Shown here one piece after another: positions 1 to 15,210 of a stretch of DNA of 64,000 nucleotides. Both the position numbers and the translations under genes were made by a program. Below the pieces are notes generated by a model. The model did no database searches and had not been told where the DNA came from. It was given only the letters and a program-made list of their open reading frames with translations. The stretch covers positions 28,768,001 to 28,832,000 of the forward strand of contig NC_042999.1 of assembly GCF_006345805.1 (NCBI RefSeq). Direction: 5' to 3'. Within the stretch, counting starts at the first letter, position 1. Each line of letters opens with the position of its first letter. This DNA is from Octopus sinensis (taxonomy: Eukaryota).

Positions 1-38
1 GCAGTTGTAGCAGCAGCTCTAGTAACAGCAGCAGCAGC

Positions 39-83
<45 letters not shown>

Positions 84-221
84 GGTGGTGGTGGTGGTAG
101 TAGTAGTAGTAGTAGTTGTTGTAGTAGTGGTGGTGTTGGTGTTGGTGGTGGTGGTAGTAGTAGTGGTGGTGTAGGTGGTGGTGTTGGTGTTGGTGGTGGT
201 GGTGGTAGTAGTAGTAGTACT

Positions 222-265
<44 letters not shown>

Positions 266-275
266 TCGTAGTAGT
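1..275. repeat. Compound trinucleotide microsatellite (GTA)n/(GTG)n/(GCA)n
   Basis: Read directly; runs off the window start. Confidence 0.95.
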
Positions 276-939
276 TATCTTTTGCATCTTTATCCATTTG
301 AGAGTATACTGTATTTTATCTACTCTTTTCTTTTACTTTTGTAATTGGCGACAATTTTCGTTTTTAGGAAAATATTCATTGAAAGTATAAACAAAGGCCA
401 CCTGCTTGGCTAGACCCAAAGGACCGCAGTAGTTCTGGCTAACGAGACACCCCATATATAAACACCTGCATCCTTTGCGCCATTAAAGCGCGTGAGTTGA
501 GCAAACTATTGTCATTAAAGAGACTTGTTTGCTTCTCTCCTTTCACATACATTACAGCAAAAACATATTTTCTTAGGCTTATTACGTATAAATATGCAAC
601 CACTCGTTGCGCATCTCTTTTCATTTAGCTAGTTTCTGATGTTTTGATGTACGTTTTATTACTACTGCTGCTGCTACAGGTACTACTACCACAACCACTA
701 CTACTACTACTACTACTACTAATGCTGCCGCTGTTGTTGTAACAATACGGGTAAGAGTGATTAGGTGATGGTCTAGGGCTTAGGGGCGGAAGACCCCAGA
801 CCTTGGGGGAAAAAAAACTGTAGTCGAGGGCTCTTCGTTGACGCCCGACACCACGGGGAGGTGGCCCTCGAAGTCGCTGGAAATGGAGATCTCCAGGTCC
901 AAATTCTTGAACGGCTGCTGCCGCTGCTGCGGTTACGAC

Positions 940-989
940 GGCCACCGCTGCTGCTACTGCCGCCGATGCTTCTGCTGCAGCTGTTGTTG

Positions 990-1037
<48 letters not shown>

Positions 1038-1038
1038 G
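940..1038. repeat. (CTG)n/(CTA)n microsatellite, with a second similar tract at about 655-735
   Basis: Read directly; the two tracts flank a GC-rich unique segment. Confidence 0.9.
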
Positions 1039-3149
1039 CCAACCTCGCAAACTACGTACCAACACTGAAACTTGAGTTTTTTCTTTTGTTTTCACTCAAG
1101 TAGGTTCATTCACTCCCAGCATGCGCGCAACAATATTTCTTCATTTCTCAAATTCCCTTTGCGACAAGCATCTACACTCCAGCATTATTTTCCTTTTCAC
1201 AACGGATATCTGAGGGATACAGAATACGGGAAAAAGGCAATATTTACAACCCTGAAACCACTATATACATCGCAACATGTTTGTCCCAGAACTTTTTAAT
1301 GGATCTCTGTCAGTGAGCTGGTCCCAGAGAAGGTGACGAAAATTATGACCCAATAATAAATGATTAAGGAAAGTTAAGAGTAAACGGTTTTTGTATTTTT
1401 GTTAATAGCTATCATGGATCTTCCTCGCAATAATTCCTTTAGTTTCAATGCACTCTCTCTGTGAAAACTACTTGAAAGACAAGGAAAATACAGATATATG
1501 CATGTGTGTGTGTGTGTATGTTTGTGCTAATATGTGTATGTTTGTAATATAATTTGTGTGTATAAGTGCATGTGTTGCTGTGTGTTTATGTCAGTCTATG
1601 CTTATATTAGTGAATGTAAGTATGTAGGTATATGAAGTGAGAGAGATACACAAAATTCTTGCTTCGTATAATGTAAACTGTAACGTCATAGTTTGTCTCT
1701 TCTAATCCAAATTCCCATAGATATCACTGTACGTGTCCGTATGGCGAGAGGCTGTAGTTGCTGGATATAAGGCATTGGGAATTTACTTCTCATCTTTCGG
1801 ATCCTTCCTTAAACCATATAATTCGAGATGTGATTTCTTCTGACCTGAATTTTTATCATATTCTACTTTTTCGACTGGAATATGCTCTAGCTCGTTTCCT
1901 GCTCTTGTTTTGATTCCTAATTGAAGTTACTGTTACGTGGTGACATTTCCAGTACGTATTTCACCAAAGAATACACGAATGTTCTTGAACCATATTTGTC
2001 CTTGGGGAAATCATACCGTTTCTCTCTTTTTTTTCCGATTTGATTTCTGTTTCTTTTCTTTTTAGGACCCTTCGGTATCAATGCGAAGATGTCAGTCTTG
2101 TACTGTCCTGTTTTTCTTTTATTGTATTGTTCTATGAAGTGTTTAAGTTTCTTCAATTTCTTTTAGTTGCTTCTAATTTCATTCTCTGTAAGTGACGAGA
2201 TACGAACACTTTTATTCAACAGTATATTCATGGGATTGGTAAATTCCATGTCATAGAACATGTCAAAGAGTTTTGAATAAAAGCTATTTGAGGGAATGAT
2301 ACAATATCAATACCATCAGCCATCAAAACCACCACCACCACTTGTAGTTGTTCTTGTTTGGTGTAGAGTTATTGCCGGGTTTTGTGGTTCTTTTTGTTGT
2401 TGCTGTTGTTATTTTCTCTATCACTGCAGTTATTTTTCGCTACTATACTTTTGGTATTATCATTATTATTAATTGCTTTTTCTGGTATTGTTTTATACTT
2501 ATTGCTTATCATTTCTTTTTATTATTGTCACTGTTGTTATTCATTATTTTACATATAAATTTGGTGAAAGTTGCTTTTCAATTTCAGACCAAATATTTAT
2601 AACTTACCATCGAAAATGAAACATTCTCGAGTAGTAATTTAAAAGTAGATTTTCCTTTTGTGTTTGGGTGTACTAAACCATATTTACGGTTGATGTCGTC
2701 GGTTCTCTGAAACTGTAAAATGTTATACTGTTAAACATAATAATTCTGCCAATGCTATGAGCAAAAATATATTTCAAACAGTTGCTATCAAATTTTGAGG
2801 GACGAGTTGTCAGTAGGATCAGTCGACATTGCTTAAACAAATATACTGTATTTAGTTATGTATCCTAATATTCCTATTTTTATATAGTGTCAAACCCAAT
2901 ATTTGTTTTTCGTCCGTGCAGTTCTAAACAAATAATTGAAGGTTAAAGTAAATAATTCCTGTTGGACATATACTGTTAATTATTGGAACCTTATCGCTCA
3001 AAGCAGTGACACAATTCTGAACCAAATCCAGAAAAAAAACTTACATTCATGTTGGAGTTGTTGAAGATTCAAAAGGCTGTTCTTACAACACAACCAGCCG
3101 TGGACGAATAGGAGGTAAAACTGGCTACAATAATAATGGATTTAAATGT

Positions 3150-3335
3150 TGGCATAGCGTCAGCAAATGCGAGTTAAGCTGATTACACCTACGCCAGTGC
3201 TCAACTGCTACTTACTTTATCGACCCTGAAAGAGATGAAAAGCAAAGCTGACCTCGGTGGAATTCGAAATCAGAACGTTAAGGCTGACAAAATACAGCTA
3301 TTTTTGTTCTGCCGGCTTGCCGACTTACTGCGCAT
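3150..3335 (-). mobile_element. Degenerate tRNA-derived SINE fragment (same family as 17262-18055)
   Basis: Reverse complement contains acgttctgatttcgaattccaccgaggtcagctttgcttttcatc...gggtcgataaagtaagtagcagtt, matching the SINE body at 17326-17400. Confidence 0.8.
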
Positions 3336-5771
3336 TTAATATTAATTAATTAGAAAGTAAACATTTTCCTACTAGTCATCCTAATATTTTTAAACAGATA
3401 TTTGAAGGGAATGTAAGCTTGTTCACTTATTTAAGGGGAAATTTGTTGCAATAACTTTTATTAATCACCTAATGATCGGATGATATATATCTTGAAAATC
3501 TACTTTAGAAAGTTTTAATAAATATAGTAAAATATTGCGTCTTTGAGGCAAGAAATGCATGCTACATCTCAATATGTAAGGCTTCATATATTTTGCTGCT
3601 AATGTGTTTGAAAAGCTAAAATTTTAAAATAGCATGTTAGTGAATTACTAAAACTGTTAACAGCAAAAAACAAAAATCTGAAAGCAAGAAAAAATATTCT
3701 CGGTCAAAACAAGAAATATAAAAGATGAAATGGATGTTTCAAAAATTAGGAAATCTTGTAAAACAAATACGGTGTCGTCAACGGTCGTAGTACTTCCTAG
3801 ATCAGCGTACTGTATCATTCTTTCTCTAGCTACTATATCGTCTTAAATATGGTCTTTGGAATTTTTTTATATACAGCAGTCAGAAAACTCCCTCAAACCC
3901 CGCAGGAATATTTTAAAACGTTGCAGTTATAGATATCCAGATTTTTTTTACGTTGGAAATGTTCATATTCGTACTTAGCCGCAGGTCAATATTGATAACA
4001 TATTCTTAGACATACTAACGATTAGATGGCTATAATAAAGAATGGTTGTCATAAAGAAATGTAAAATCTATATCAATCTATATATTGATGACCAAAATTA
4101 TTATTCAATTTAGAACAAAACACATTTTAGGTAGGATAAAATCACTTGTATTCAGCTACAGTAACTAAGCGATCATGTATTTTATCAATCTCAGCACTTC
4201 ATGGCTTTTGAGTGCGTTTTTATTAATTGCTTGATCGCCATACATATCATCAAACTGTATTACAAGACTTACTTAAGCGCCGATAGAAACAAGTGCAGAA
4301 TGACATATTGCAGAAATGGATACATTAAATGAGAATAAAAAGTTAGGTTCATTGCTTACAGATTGCAGTTATACATTATCTATAAATTAGTGCCTTGCAG
4401 TTATAGACATCCAGATTTGTTGCGTTGGAAATTTTCATAATTGTACTTAGCCTCAGGGCAAGTTTGATCGAGCAAACGTAAGGCAAAAAGGATTACATAC
4501 GTAACTAAACGTTCAATCATTCAGAAATTGTCAGGAATATATATCAACCTGCCTCTTTCATATTTTATGACATTATATAAAAATTAGAGAGATATTTCAA
4601 TGCCTAGCGATTCACAGGGAATCAGCTACAAAACAATTCTGAAACATACATCCTTCAACTTTTATGAGTTAGACTCCCCAAAAGATGTTCTAAATAATAT
4701 CAAAATAAATATAATTTCAACTGATGCTATTGATATCTATTAAAACCACATCAAATGTGAATAACAAATAGAGGTTTGGAAAGGTTGTGGTACGTTTTAA
4801 TGTTGCACCATTCTGATACTCCTTTAGCGTGGGTATACATGTCTTGTGTAAACTGGCATTAATTAAATAAGTAACTGATTTGTGGTTACCTAAAAATGAC
4901 TTAGCGCAGAAATATGTTAACGCAGAACGCACTCCGTAATAGTAGCGACTGTTAAACAAACAGAAGTCGAACTAACACGGTTAACCAACACAGTGGAACT
5001 AACATCATCAACTACTATTTCTTTATTACCTACTAAAAGCCCAATATAGAAGGGACAGTACATGGACAGACAACACAAGTGGGGACATAAAAGATAAAAG
5101 AATGAATGAAAATGGATTATAAATAAATGAAAGTGCAATGGCTACGTAAACCCCACTCTAAGGCAGAACCATTTAACTGTTTTTTATCAAAGATTGTATG
5201 CCTTTTTTCTGTGGTTGCAAGTGTGTGGCTTTTACGTTTTGTTTTGTTTTGTTTCATAATATTAAAACTACTTGTATGTTTTAGAATTTTATATACGGTT
5301 TCAAATCGTCATAGTCCACGACTGAAGGTAGGGCATCATATGCCATCTATACTCCTATGTTTAACCCAAACAATTCCTTTAATGTAGCATATGTTTTCCT
5401 TGTCTATTCCTTCAGTACACACTAGTACTCGTTTAACGAGACCTGCGAACATACAACCCTACGAACATAACAACTACTAACATATGATGTTGAGTACTAT
5501 TCCACTAAGTATGTTCTTCTTTAACACAGTCCTTTATAACACCACCACGTAACACATCAATGCATTTGATAGGGTTCGGCCGGATGAAAGCATTTCAATA
5601 ATTGCTTTAACGTGAACTGCCTACCATCGCAAAAGTTTACTTCATCAGCAGTAGTTGGATGGAAGAAAGGAATCCAAAGTTTCCCACAAAAGACTATGCA
5701 GCTGTTATAGAAGTCCATCGTATATACGTTTGTAGCTTCTCTTGCACTCATAGATCTATATATGTACAATG

Positions 5772-5812
<41 letters not shown>

Positions 5813-5908
5813 TCATATACTACAGACATGCACAAAAATCTCTCTCTCTTTCACTAAATATATATATATATATATATAATATATATATATATATAGATAG
5901 ATAGATAT

Positions 5909-5939
<31 letters not shown>

Positions 5940-6783
5940 CATATATATGTGTGTGTGTGTCCGTGTTAATTTATTTGGGGATTTCAAAATGCACCGGCTT
6001 CTAAAAACGTATAGGTAGTTTCTTTTAATATATTTTGTAATAGATTTATTAACATACCACTCTACTTTGACATGGTTTGGCTTATCAATGGTTAACCACA
6101 ATTATAATGAAAGGAGAAGAATGTGGGAATACACCTCTTGCTTCGTCCCTCCCCAACCACCCCACCTACCACAGAACATAACTTCATTTCACATTTTAAA
6201 TTGAATACCCCGATTAACCGAATTATCGTAAAATATACGTAGTACACTAGGGCATTAATCCTATATAATATATTCAGGTTAAAGCTAGATTACCGACTCA
6301 CATTACACGGTTAAATAGTCATTGTCCCCACATACAGCCCCATGCATCTAATGATGCAAACTACAAACACGTGGAACCCAATAAGTCACTAAAATATAAG
6401 ACTAAAGACTAAACGAAATTTTGCCTTTGTTTCTTTTACTTCATTTTGTTGTTATGCTTGCCTTTATTTCCCTCTAAAACTCTTCTGAAGATGTTTGTTA
6501 TATGTAGCGAGGTGATGAAAACTTACTCCGATTTGATAAACAGAAACAGCTGTAAATGATTCCGAACTACAATTAAATAATGATTTTTAACACTAATGAT
6601 CCACTTCTCATTGTTAATTATGGCTCCATTTCTTTCCTATTCTATATATATTAAACCAGGGTTTTACGTTTAAAATACCTACTACCGTATACCTAGGATT
6701 ATACATAGTGAGGCAATACACCAGGAGTGCATACGATTATATCTATCCCTTAGATGGTTGCATAACCACTAACCTATATCTTA

Positions 6784-6829
<46 letters not shown>

Positions 6830-7781
6830 ACACACAGGCTCACCCATATGAATATATAGAGACATAAAAGTTAACGAATATGTGTACGTACACATATCTA
6901 TTTTATATATATTATTAGGCATAGTGCCTTCGCAAAATAGAAGCGTTTATTTGGCGTAGTCATTAGATATAAATGGATAAAAATCACGCAAATAAGCCGA
7001 GGAAGATTACAATACAAATTGGATACCAACAAACTAATCATACACAGAATCAGACAAGCGGATGCTCGTGCCTGACATTGTACAAATATAAAGCTAAAAT
7101 ACAAAGTTCAAAGGTGTGTAGAATGAAGATAAATCAACTAAGAAAAGAAACCAAAAGGTTCCTGACTATTCAGGTGATAAAAATCTATCAAAGAGAAGAA
7201 ACCGAATTAATATAGCAGAAGAACACTTCTGCAGTGCCATGTAAACAGACATTTTATATTCGGTGTCCTATGATTTTTTTTCATTTTCCGTTTATTAATT
7301 TCTTTTTATACTTTTCCTTCCTTTTGATAAAGTCAATCACCCGAAACGTCAGATTCTTTTCGATTTCTTCCATGGCTGTATTTATCTTCAATGAATATTT
7401 GTTTGATTATTGTGCTTATTATTTTTACGCTTTATATATCTACTCTTTTTCATGTTCGTACCTTCGCCTGTCCGATTTCCAGCATTTTATTATTAGTTTG
7501 TCGCCTTGTGCCTGATAATCTTACTTGAATTTTTGTGTGGCTTTTAATATAATGTATACGTATTTCTAAAATTTTTTATATATATATATATATAGCAATG
7601 AATATTAACTTTGAGGATTAATCAATATTTTGTATTGAGTGCCATATTTGTTTAAATTTACAATGTAATTGTTCCCACATAAAGCGAATTTACGGCGTCC
7701 ATGCAATTTACAAGTTATGACTTAGTTCCTTTCCGCTAGTCGTACTTATCTGTCAATCAGTCAATCTATCTATCTATCTAT

Positions 7782-7815
<34 letters not shown>

Positions 7816-7912
7816 CTATCTATCCATCTATCTATCTATCCATCAATCGATTTACCTATCCATCTATCTCTACGTGTGTGTGTACGTATATATATATATA
7901 TATATTATATAT

Positions 7913-7998
<86 letters not shown>

Positions 7999-8334
7999 TA
8001 ATATGGAGGTGGAAATGGCACAATGGAATTGAGTCTAAGTCATTTCCATTTAAGTGAGAATTTAATGAAAGATTATATAAATAAAAGTATTAATTTTAAC
8101 GGTCTCAATGTATTTCATCTTATCAGAGATTACTAAAGATTTATAATAATTTGAAAACGTTGAAGTAAAAACAGTCAATCTTTTGTCCTGTTGATCAAGA
8201 ACATAGCAAGACATGTTCTTGACCACCAGACAGAAGATTTGTATAATTCTCTAATCTCTTTTTAACTATATTATATTATTATTATTATTATTATTATTAT
8301 TAGTAGTAGTAGTAGTAGTATCATTATTGTTATG

Positions 8335-9743
<1,409 letters not shown>

Positions 9744-10144
9744 TTCCGCTCAACCGGTCATTCATAACAACATCAGTCTGTGTTCACATTGTCTTGACAC
9801 AGGGCTCATCTAGACTCCACCCTTCGTCGCGAATAGGAAATGCTCTCTCTTTACTCCTTTTGCTCCACATAGCATCAACTCCCCACTTCACCTGACTCCC
9901 CTCCTTTCCTCTCTTCACCTGACACCTACTTCATCCCTTCACTCCTACGAAACCTCTCCCATCATTGAGAACCCCTCCATCCACCCAACGCTACACATCC
10001 CATACATATATATGTTTTATCTATGTATATTTATATACTCCCATACTTGTCATGTTTAACGAATATTAAATTCCATGATTTTAATTCACCCGAAGAAACG
10101 ATTTTCTTTACCTTATGAAGGAGCTGCAGTGAACCTATCTTCAT

Positions 10145-10198
<54 letters not shown>

Positions 10199-10329
10199 CA
10201 TGTATGTATGTATTGTGCATGTATTTGTATTACGTGTGTAGGTCTAAGTCTGCATATAAATATATGTATAAATACACACATGTTCGCACACATATATGTA
10301 TATGTATATATATCTATCTATATATATAT

Positions 10330-10363
<34 letters not shown>

Positions 10364-10364
10364 C

Positions 10365-10432
<68 letters not shown>

Positions 10433-10448
10433 GTATACATACATAGGT

Positions 10449-11673
10449 AATATTCGGCTGGCAAGAAAGCAACAAATCTTCTTTTGGGAAACAGACATAG
10501 ATACGATGTTTTTGATTGATTTTCTTCAATGTAATGATTTTATCCTTTTGACATTTGATAGCCGTTACATTTAGCGTACTTAAGAAGCAAACGGAGTATA
10601 ATTTTCTATACAGCTGTTAGTTCCATGTCAGTCTTAACATGGTGTGCAAGCGTTTTCGCTATATTTTTTTTCTTTATTTCCGTAAAGGCAAGGCATTTGC
10701 TGAGATATGTCAAGTTTATGGTCTTGATTGCTTAAGGGAACACACATGTCAGAAATAGTTTTGAAAAATTCTCTGCTGGAAATTTATAACTGAAAGTTGA
10801 ACAACCTTCTGGTCGAACTACTGAAGATGATGATAACCAAATCAGAGCCATAAATGAATATAACTATGCGATAAATTGCAGATAGTGTCAATGTATAACA
10901 AACAACAATTGAAAATCACTTAAGATATCTTAGACTCCTTAAGAACATCGATATTCACACAAACTGAAAGAGAGTCACGTAATTCAACAAAAGAACATTT
11001 GTGATATGCATCTCAAATGCAACGAAATCGATTTAATTTTAAGCGACTCATCACAGGTGATGAAAAATGGATTGTCTGCTATAACATGAATCGTAAACGA
11101 CTATGGTCCAAGCGTAATGAGCCAGTACAAACCATATCAAAATTTGAATTGCTTAAAAAAATGGTCATGCTTTTAATTTGGAAGTATTACAAAGGTATTG
11201 TCTACTCTGAGCTGCTTGCAATGAGCCGAACAAACAATTCGGATGTTTACTTTCTACAACTACCGAAACAGGAGGAAGCGATCAACGAAAACCAGCCAGT
11301 ATTGGCAAATCGTAAAGGACTCGATTTACACCATGAAAACGCTAGATCACACATGAATGTGCTAACTCGTGAAAAATTATTGGTTCTTGCTTGTGATGTG
11401 TTGTCACATCGACCATATAGCCCTGTACATGCAACATCAGGTTAACATTTATTTCGAAGTTTGCGAAATTCCCTGAATGGAAAAACGTTCAATAATACTG
11501 ATTGCTTGAAATCGCACTTGCTTCAGTTTTTGTCTGAGAAAAGCAAGAAGATTTATGTGCGCGGAATGATGAAGTTGCCAGAGAGATGGTAAAAGGTCAT
11601 CGAATAAAATAGAAATTATATAATCGATTAAAGTTCATTCTTTGTATGAAAAAAAGTATTTTATTCCCGCCTC

Positions 11674-11677
<4 letters not shown>
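10449..11677 (+). mobile_element. Mariner (Tc1/mariner, DD34D, mellifera-like) DNA transposon relic
   Basis: ORF 11017-11445 has KRLITGDEKW, MVMLLIW, LHHENARSH and HRPYSP; HLFRSLRNSLNGKTF follows after the stop. Starts with TIR-like tattcggctggcaa next to (TA)n; the 3' TIR is eroded. Confidence 0.9.
11017..11590 (+). pseudogene. Mariner transposase catalytic domain, disrupted
   Basis: TGDEKW / HDNA-like / YSPDLAP-like motifs with substitutions and an in-frame stop at 11443-11445. Confidence 0.85.
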
Positions 11678-11723
<46 letters not shown>

Positions 11724-11789
11724 ATTCGAGACAAAACCACTATTTTAAAACCAAACAAGGAAAGACTTAATCAATACATAAAATTTTCC

Positions 11790-12479
11790 TGGTGATCAAG
11801 TAAAAATGAATATTATCAAAGAGATTTTAGATATTATAGAACTATTTATTAGAGATAATCGTAAATATAAAAATATTTTCTCTAGTGATAATTTTGGAGT
11901 AGCTTATTCCACCACTAATAATGTAGGTAACATTATTTCTTCATTTAATAAATTTAAACTGAATAATTTTTATAAAAATATATTATTTGATAATAATAAT
12001 AATAATAAGGATAATACATATATTAATTGTACTTGTAGAGATAAATCTAAATGTAAATTAAATAATAAATGTGATATTAAAGATGTAGTGTATAAATACA
12101 TAGTTACATTACATGATAATAACTTTAGAAGAATAATTACCCAAAAGCGGTTTATATAGGGTCTACTTCCTCTAAAATAAAATTAAGAATCGGACAACAT
12201 ATGAATTCTTTTAAAAATAAAAACTTAATCAACTCCACTGGACTTAGTAAGTACATTTGGAGAATTAACTCACAAAATATTAATTATAGTTTAAATTGGG
12301 AAATAATTTGTAGAACTAAATCATATACTATAGGAGCGAATTGTTGTTATTTATGCTCTAATGAGTTTAAAGAAATTTTATTCTATAAGTATGATAATTT
12401 ACTTAATATAGGTGAAGAGCGCAAAATAAAATGTAGACATAGATTACTTTACCTATATAATAGGTTCCATGATAAATAA
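11790..12479 (+). pseudogene. PLE RT-thumb end plus GIY-YIG endonuclease (Naiad/Neptune-like), one frameshift near 12135
   Basis: VKMNIIKEIL...KNIF...VAYSTTNNVGNII, CTCRDKSKC...KC, VVY...VYIGSTS..IKLRIGQH, STGLSKYIW, W.II, CYLC, LLN, KCRH fit the PLE endonuclease pattern. Confidence 0.85.
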
Positions 12480-15210
12480 AATTAATAGCCCCCTATTATA
12501 GGTTATTTTAGGTTAAAATGTTTTTAGTTTAGAGTACCATGTATATATTTCTAGTTTTATAGTTTAGGCTTTAATTATAGTTAGTATTTAATTGGTATTT
12601 CTTTGTTTTGTATTTAATTAATATTTTATTGAGTGTGGGAATGAATATTAGTGTATATATCGAGTTTGTACGTAAGTATATGTATGTGTGAGTGTGTATT
12701 TGGTTACGTTTGTGGGTTTGTGTATATATGTGTGTGTATTTGTGTGTATTGTGTATGAAAGTGGTTTTATCTTTATCTTTTTATTTGTATGTATGGACTT
12801 CATTATCATGATTAGTTTAATAAGTATTTTTGCATGAAGGTATGGGTGTGTATGTAGGTGTGCGTGTGTACAAGTGTAAGTATAGATGCGGTAGTGTATG
12901 AGTGCTATGTAATTGAGTGTAATTATTTATGCAATTGTATACATGCAAGTTCTGAATGTCCGTGTGATTGCACCCGTCTGCGTGTACACACTCATTTTTA
13001 TATATATATTAATATCTATATGAGTTTTAGTTTTTTATGGTTTTTTTAAAGAATTTGTAGAAAGTTTTTTATATTCCATTCATATTATGTGTAGAAATGT
13101 TGTTTTTCTTTTGTATGTTTATGTATGTGTGAATGTGTGTGCGTGTGCGTTTTTGCTTGTATCGAGTTTTGTACGTATGTATTTGTATGTGTGAGTGAGT
13201 ATATGGTTATGTTTGAGGGTGTGTGTATATATGTGTGTGTATTTGTGTGTATTGTGTAAGGGGTTGTATCTTTATATTTATACTTGTATGTATGGATTTT
13301 CTTTATCATGATTATTTTAATAAGAATTTTTGTATGTAGGTATGGGTGTGTATGTATGTGTGAGTGTGTACAAGTGTAAGTGTAGATGTGGGAGCGTATG
13401 AGTGCTATGTAATTGGGTGTGATTATTTATGCACTTGTATACATGTAAGTTTTGAATGTGCGTGTGATTGCACCCGTCTGCGTGTAAACACTCTTTCAAA
13501 TATATATTAATATATATATATGAGTTTTCGTTTATCATGGTCGTTTTATTAAAGTTTGTTTGTATCGAGATTTGTACGTATGTATATGTATGTGTGAGTG
13601 TGTATATGGTTATGTTTGTGGGTGTGTGTATATATGTGTGTGTATTTGTGTGTATTGTGTTAGGGGTTGTATAGTTATATTTATACTTGTATGTATGGAT
13701 TTCATTCATAAATGATATATAAATTAATAAAATTAATAGCCCCCTATTAAAGGTTACTGTAGATTAATTTGTTTTTAGTTTAGAGTACCATATATATATT
13801 TTTAGTTATATAGTTTAGACTTTAATTATAGTTAGTATTTAATTGGTATTTCTTTGTTTTGTTTTTACTTAATATTTTATTGAGTGTGGGAATGAATATT
13901 AGTGTATATATCGAGTTTGTACGTATGTATATGTATGTGTGAGTGTGTATATCGTTATGTTTGTGGGTGTGTGTATATATGTGTGTGTATTTGTGTGTAT
14001 TGTGTATGAAAGGGGTTTTATCTGTATCTTTATATTTGTATGTATAGACTTCATTATCATGATTAGTTTAATAAGTATTTTGTATGTAGGTATGGGTGTG
14101 TATGTATGTGTGCGTGTGTACAAGTGTAAGTATAGATGCGGTAGTGTATGAGTGCTATGTAATTGAGTGTGATTATTTATGCACTTGTATACATGCAAGT
14201 TTTGAATGTCCGTGTGATTGCACCCGTCTGCGTTTACACACTCATTTTTTTATATATATATTAATATCTATATGAGTTTTCGTTTTTTATGGGTTTTTTT
14301 AAAGAATTTGTAGAAAGTTTTGTGTATCCATTCATAATTTTTTAATTTACGTTTGTTTACTACGCGCTAAGAATTTTATATTCCATTCATAATTTTAAAG
14401 ACGCTGTTTTACGTAGCGCTATTAATTTTTATATGTTCGGTTCCATGGTAACGCAATTTTTGTTCATTGTAATAACGGATAAAGTTATTCACTTCAAAAT
14501 TTGATACTGATTAGAAGGTATGTCTATTTTTCTCCTTTGTTAATCTTGTTACTTATGATAATCTGATTTCTTATGGAGTATTTTATATATCATATTACGT
14601 GTAGAAATGTTGTTTTCTTTTGTATGTTTATGTATGTGTGAATTTGTGTGCGTGTGCGTATTTGATTGTATCGAGTTTTGTACGTATTATTTGTATGTGT
14701 GAGTGTGTATATGGTTATGTTTGTGGGTGTGTGTATATATGTGTGTGTATTTGTGTGTATTGTGTAATGGGTTGTATCTTTATATTTATACTTGTATGTA
14801 TGGATTTTCTTTATCATGATTATTTTAATAAGAATTTTTGTATGTAGGTATGGGTGTGTATGTATGTGTGAGAGTGTACAAGTGTAAGTGTAGATGTGGG
14901 AGTGTATGAGTGCTATGTAATTGGGTGTGATTATTTATGCACTTCTATATATGTAAGTTTTGAATGTGCGTGTGATTGCACCCGTCCGCGTGTACACACT
15001 CTTTTATATATATATTAATATATATGAGTTTTCGTTTATCATGGTCGTTTTATTAAAGTTTGTTTGTATCGAGACTTGTACGTATGTATATGTATGTGTG
15101 AGTGTGTATATGGTTATGTTTGTGGGTGTGTGTATATATGTGTGTGTATTTGTGTGTATTGTGTCAGGGTTTGTATAGTTATATTTATACTTGTATGTAT
15201 GGATTTCATT
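12472..15210. repeat. Hierarchical GT-rich tandem repeat in the PLE 3' region (about 1.25-kb duplication built from about 0.35-0.75-kb subunits)
   Basis: aaattaatagccccctatta...gagtaccat...gagtgtgggaatgaatattag occurs at about 12479 and 13729; subunit tatcgag(t/a)(t/c)ttgtacgta recurs near 12657, 13161, 13563, 13908, 14668 and 15067. Confidence 0.9.

Noticed and set aside
8188-8228. 10-bp hairpin tcaagaacat/atgttcttga with hammerhead-like flanks
   Set aside because: The core reads CUGGUGG or CUGUUGA and GAAA is absent, so it is too degenerate to call. It may be an old pLTR.
11990-12479. Selenocysteine (in-frame UGA) in the PLE zinc finger, as reported for some Naiad elements
   Set aside because: All Cys positions here are TGT/TGC; there is no in-frame TGA.
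12472-15210. Repeat array considered as a CRISPR-like or coding repeat
   Set aside because: Units are long, degenerate and microsatellite-like, with no unique spacers and no cas genes; the context is eukaryotic.
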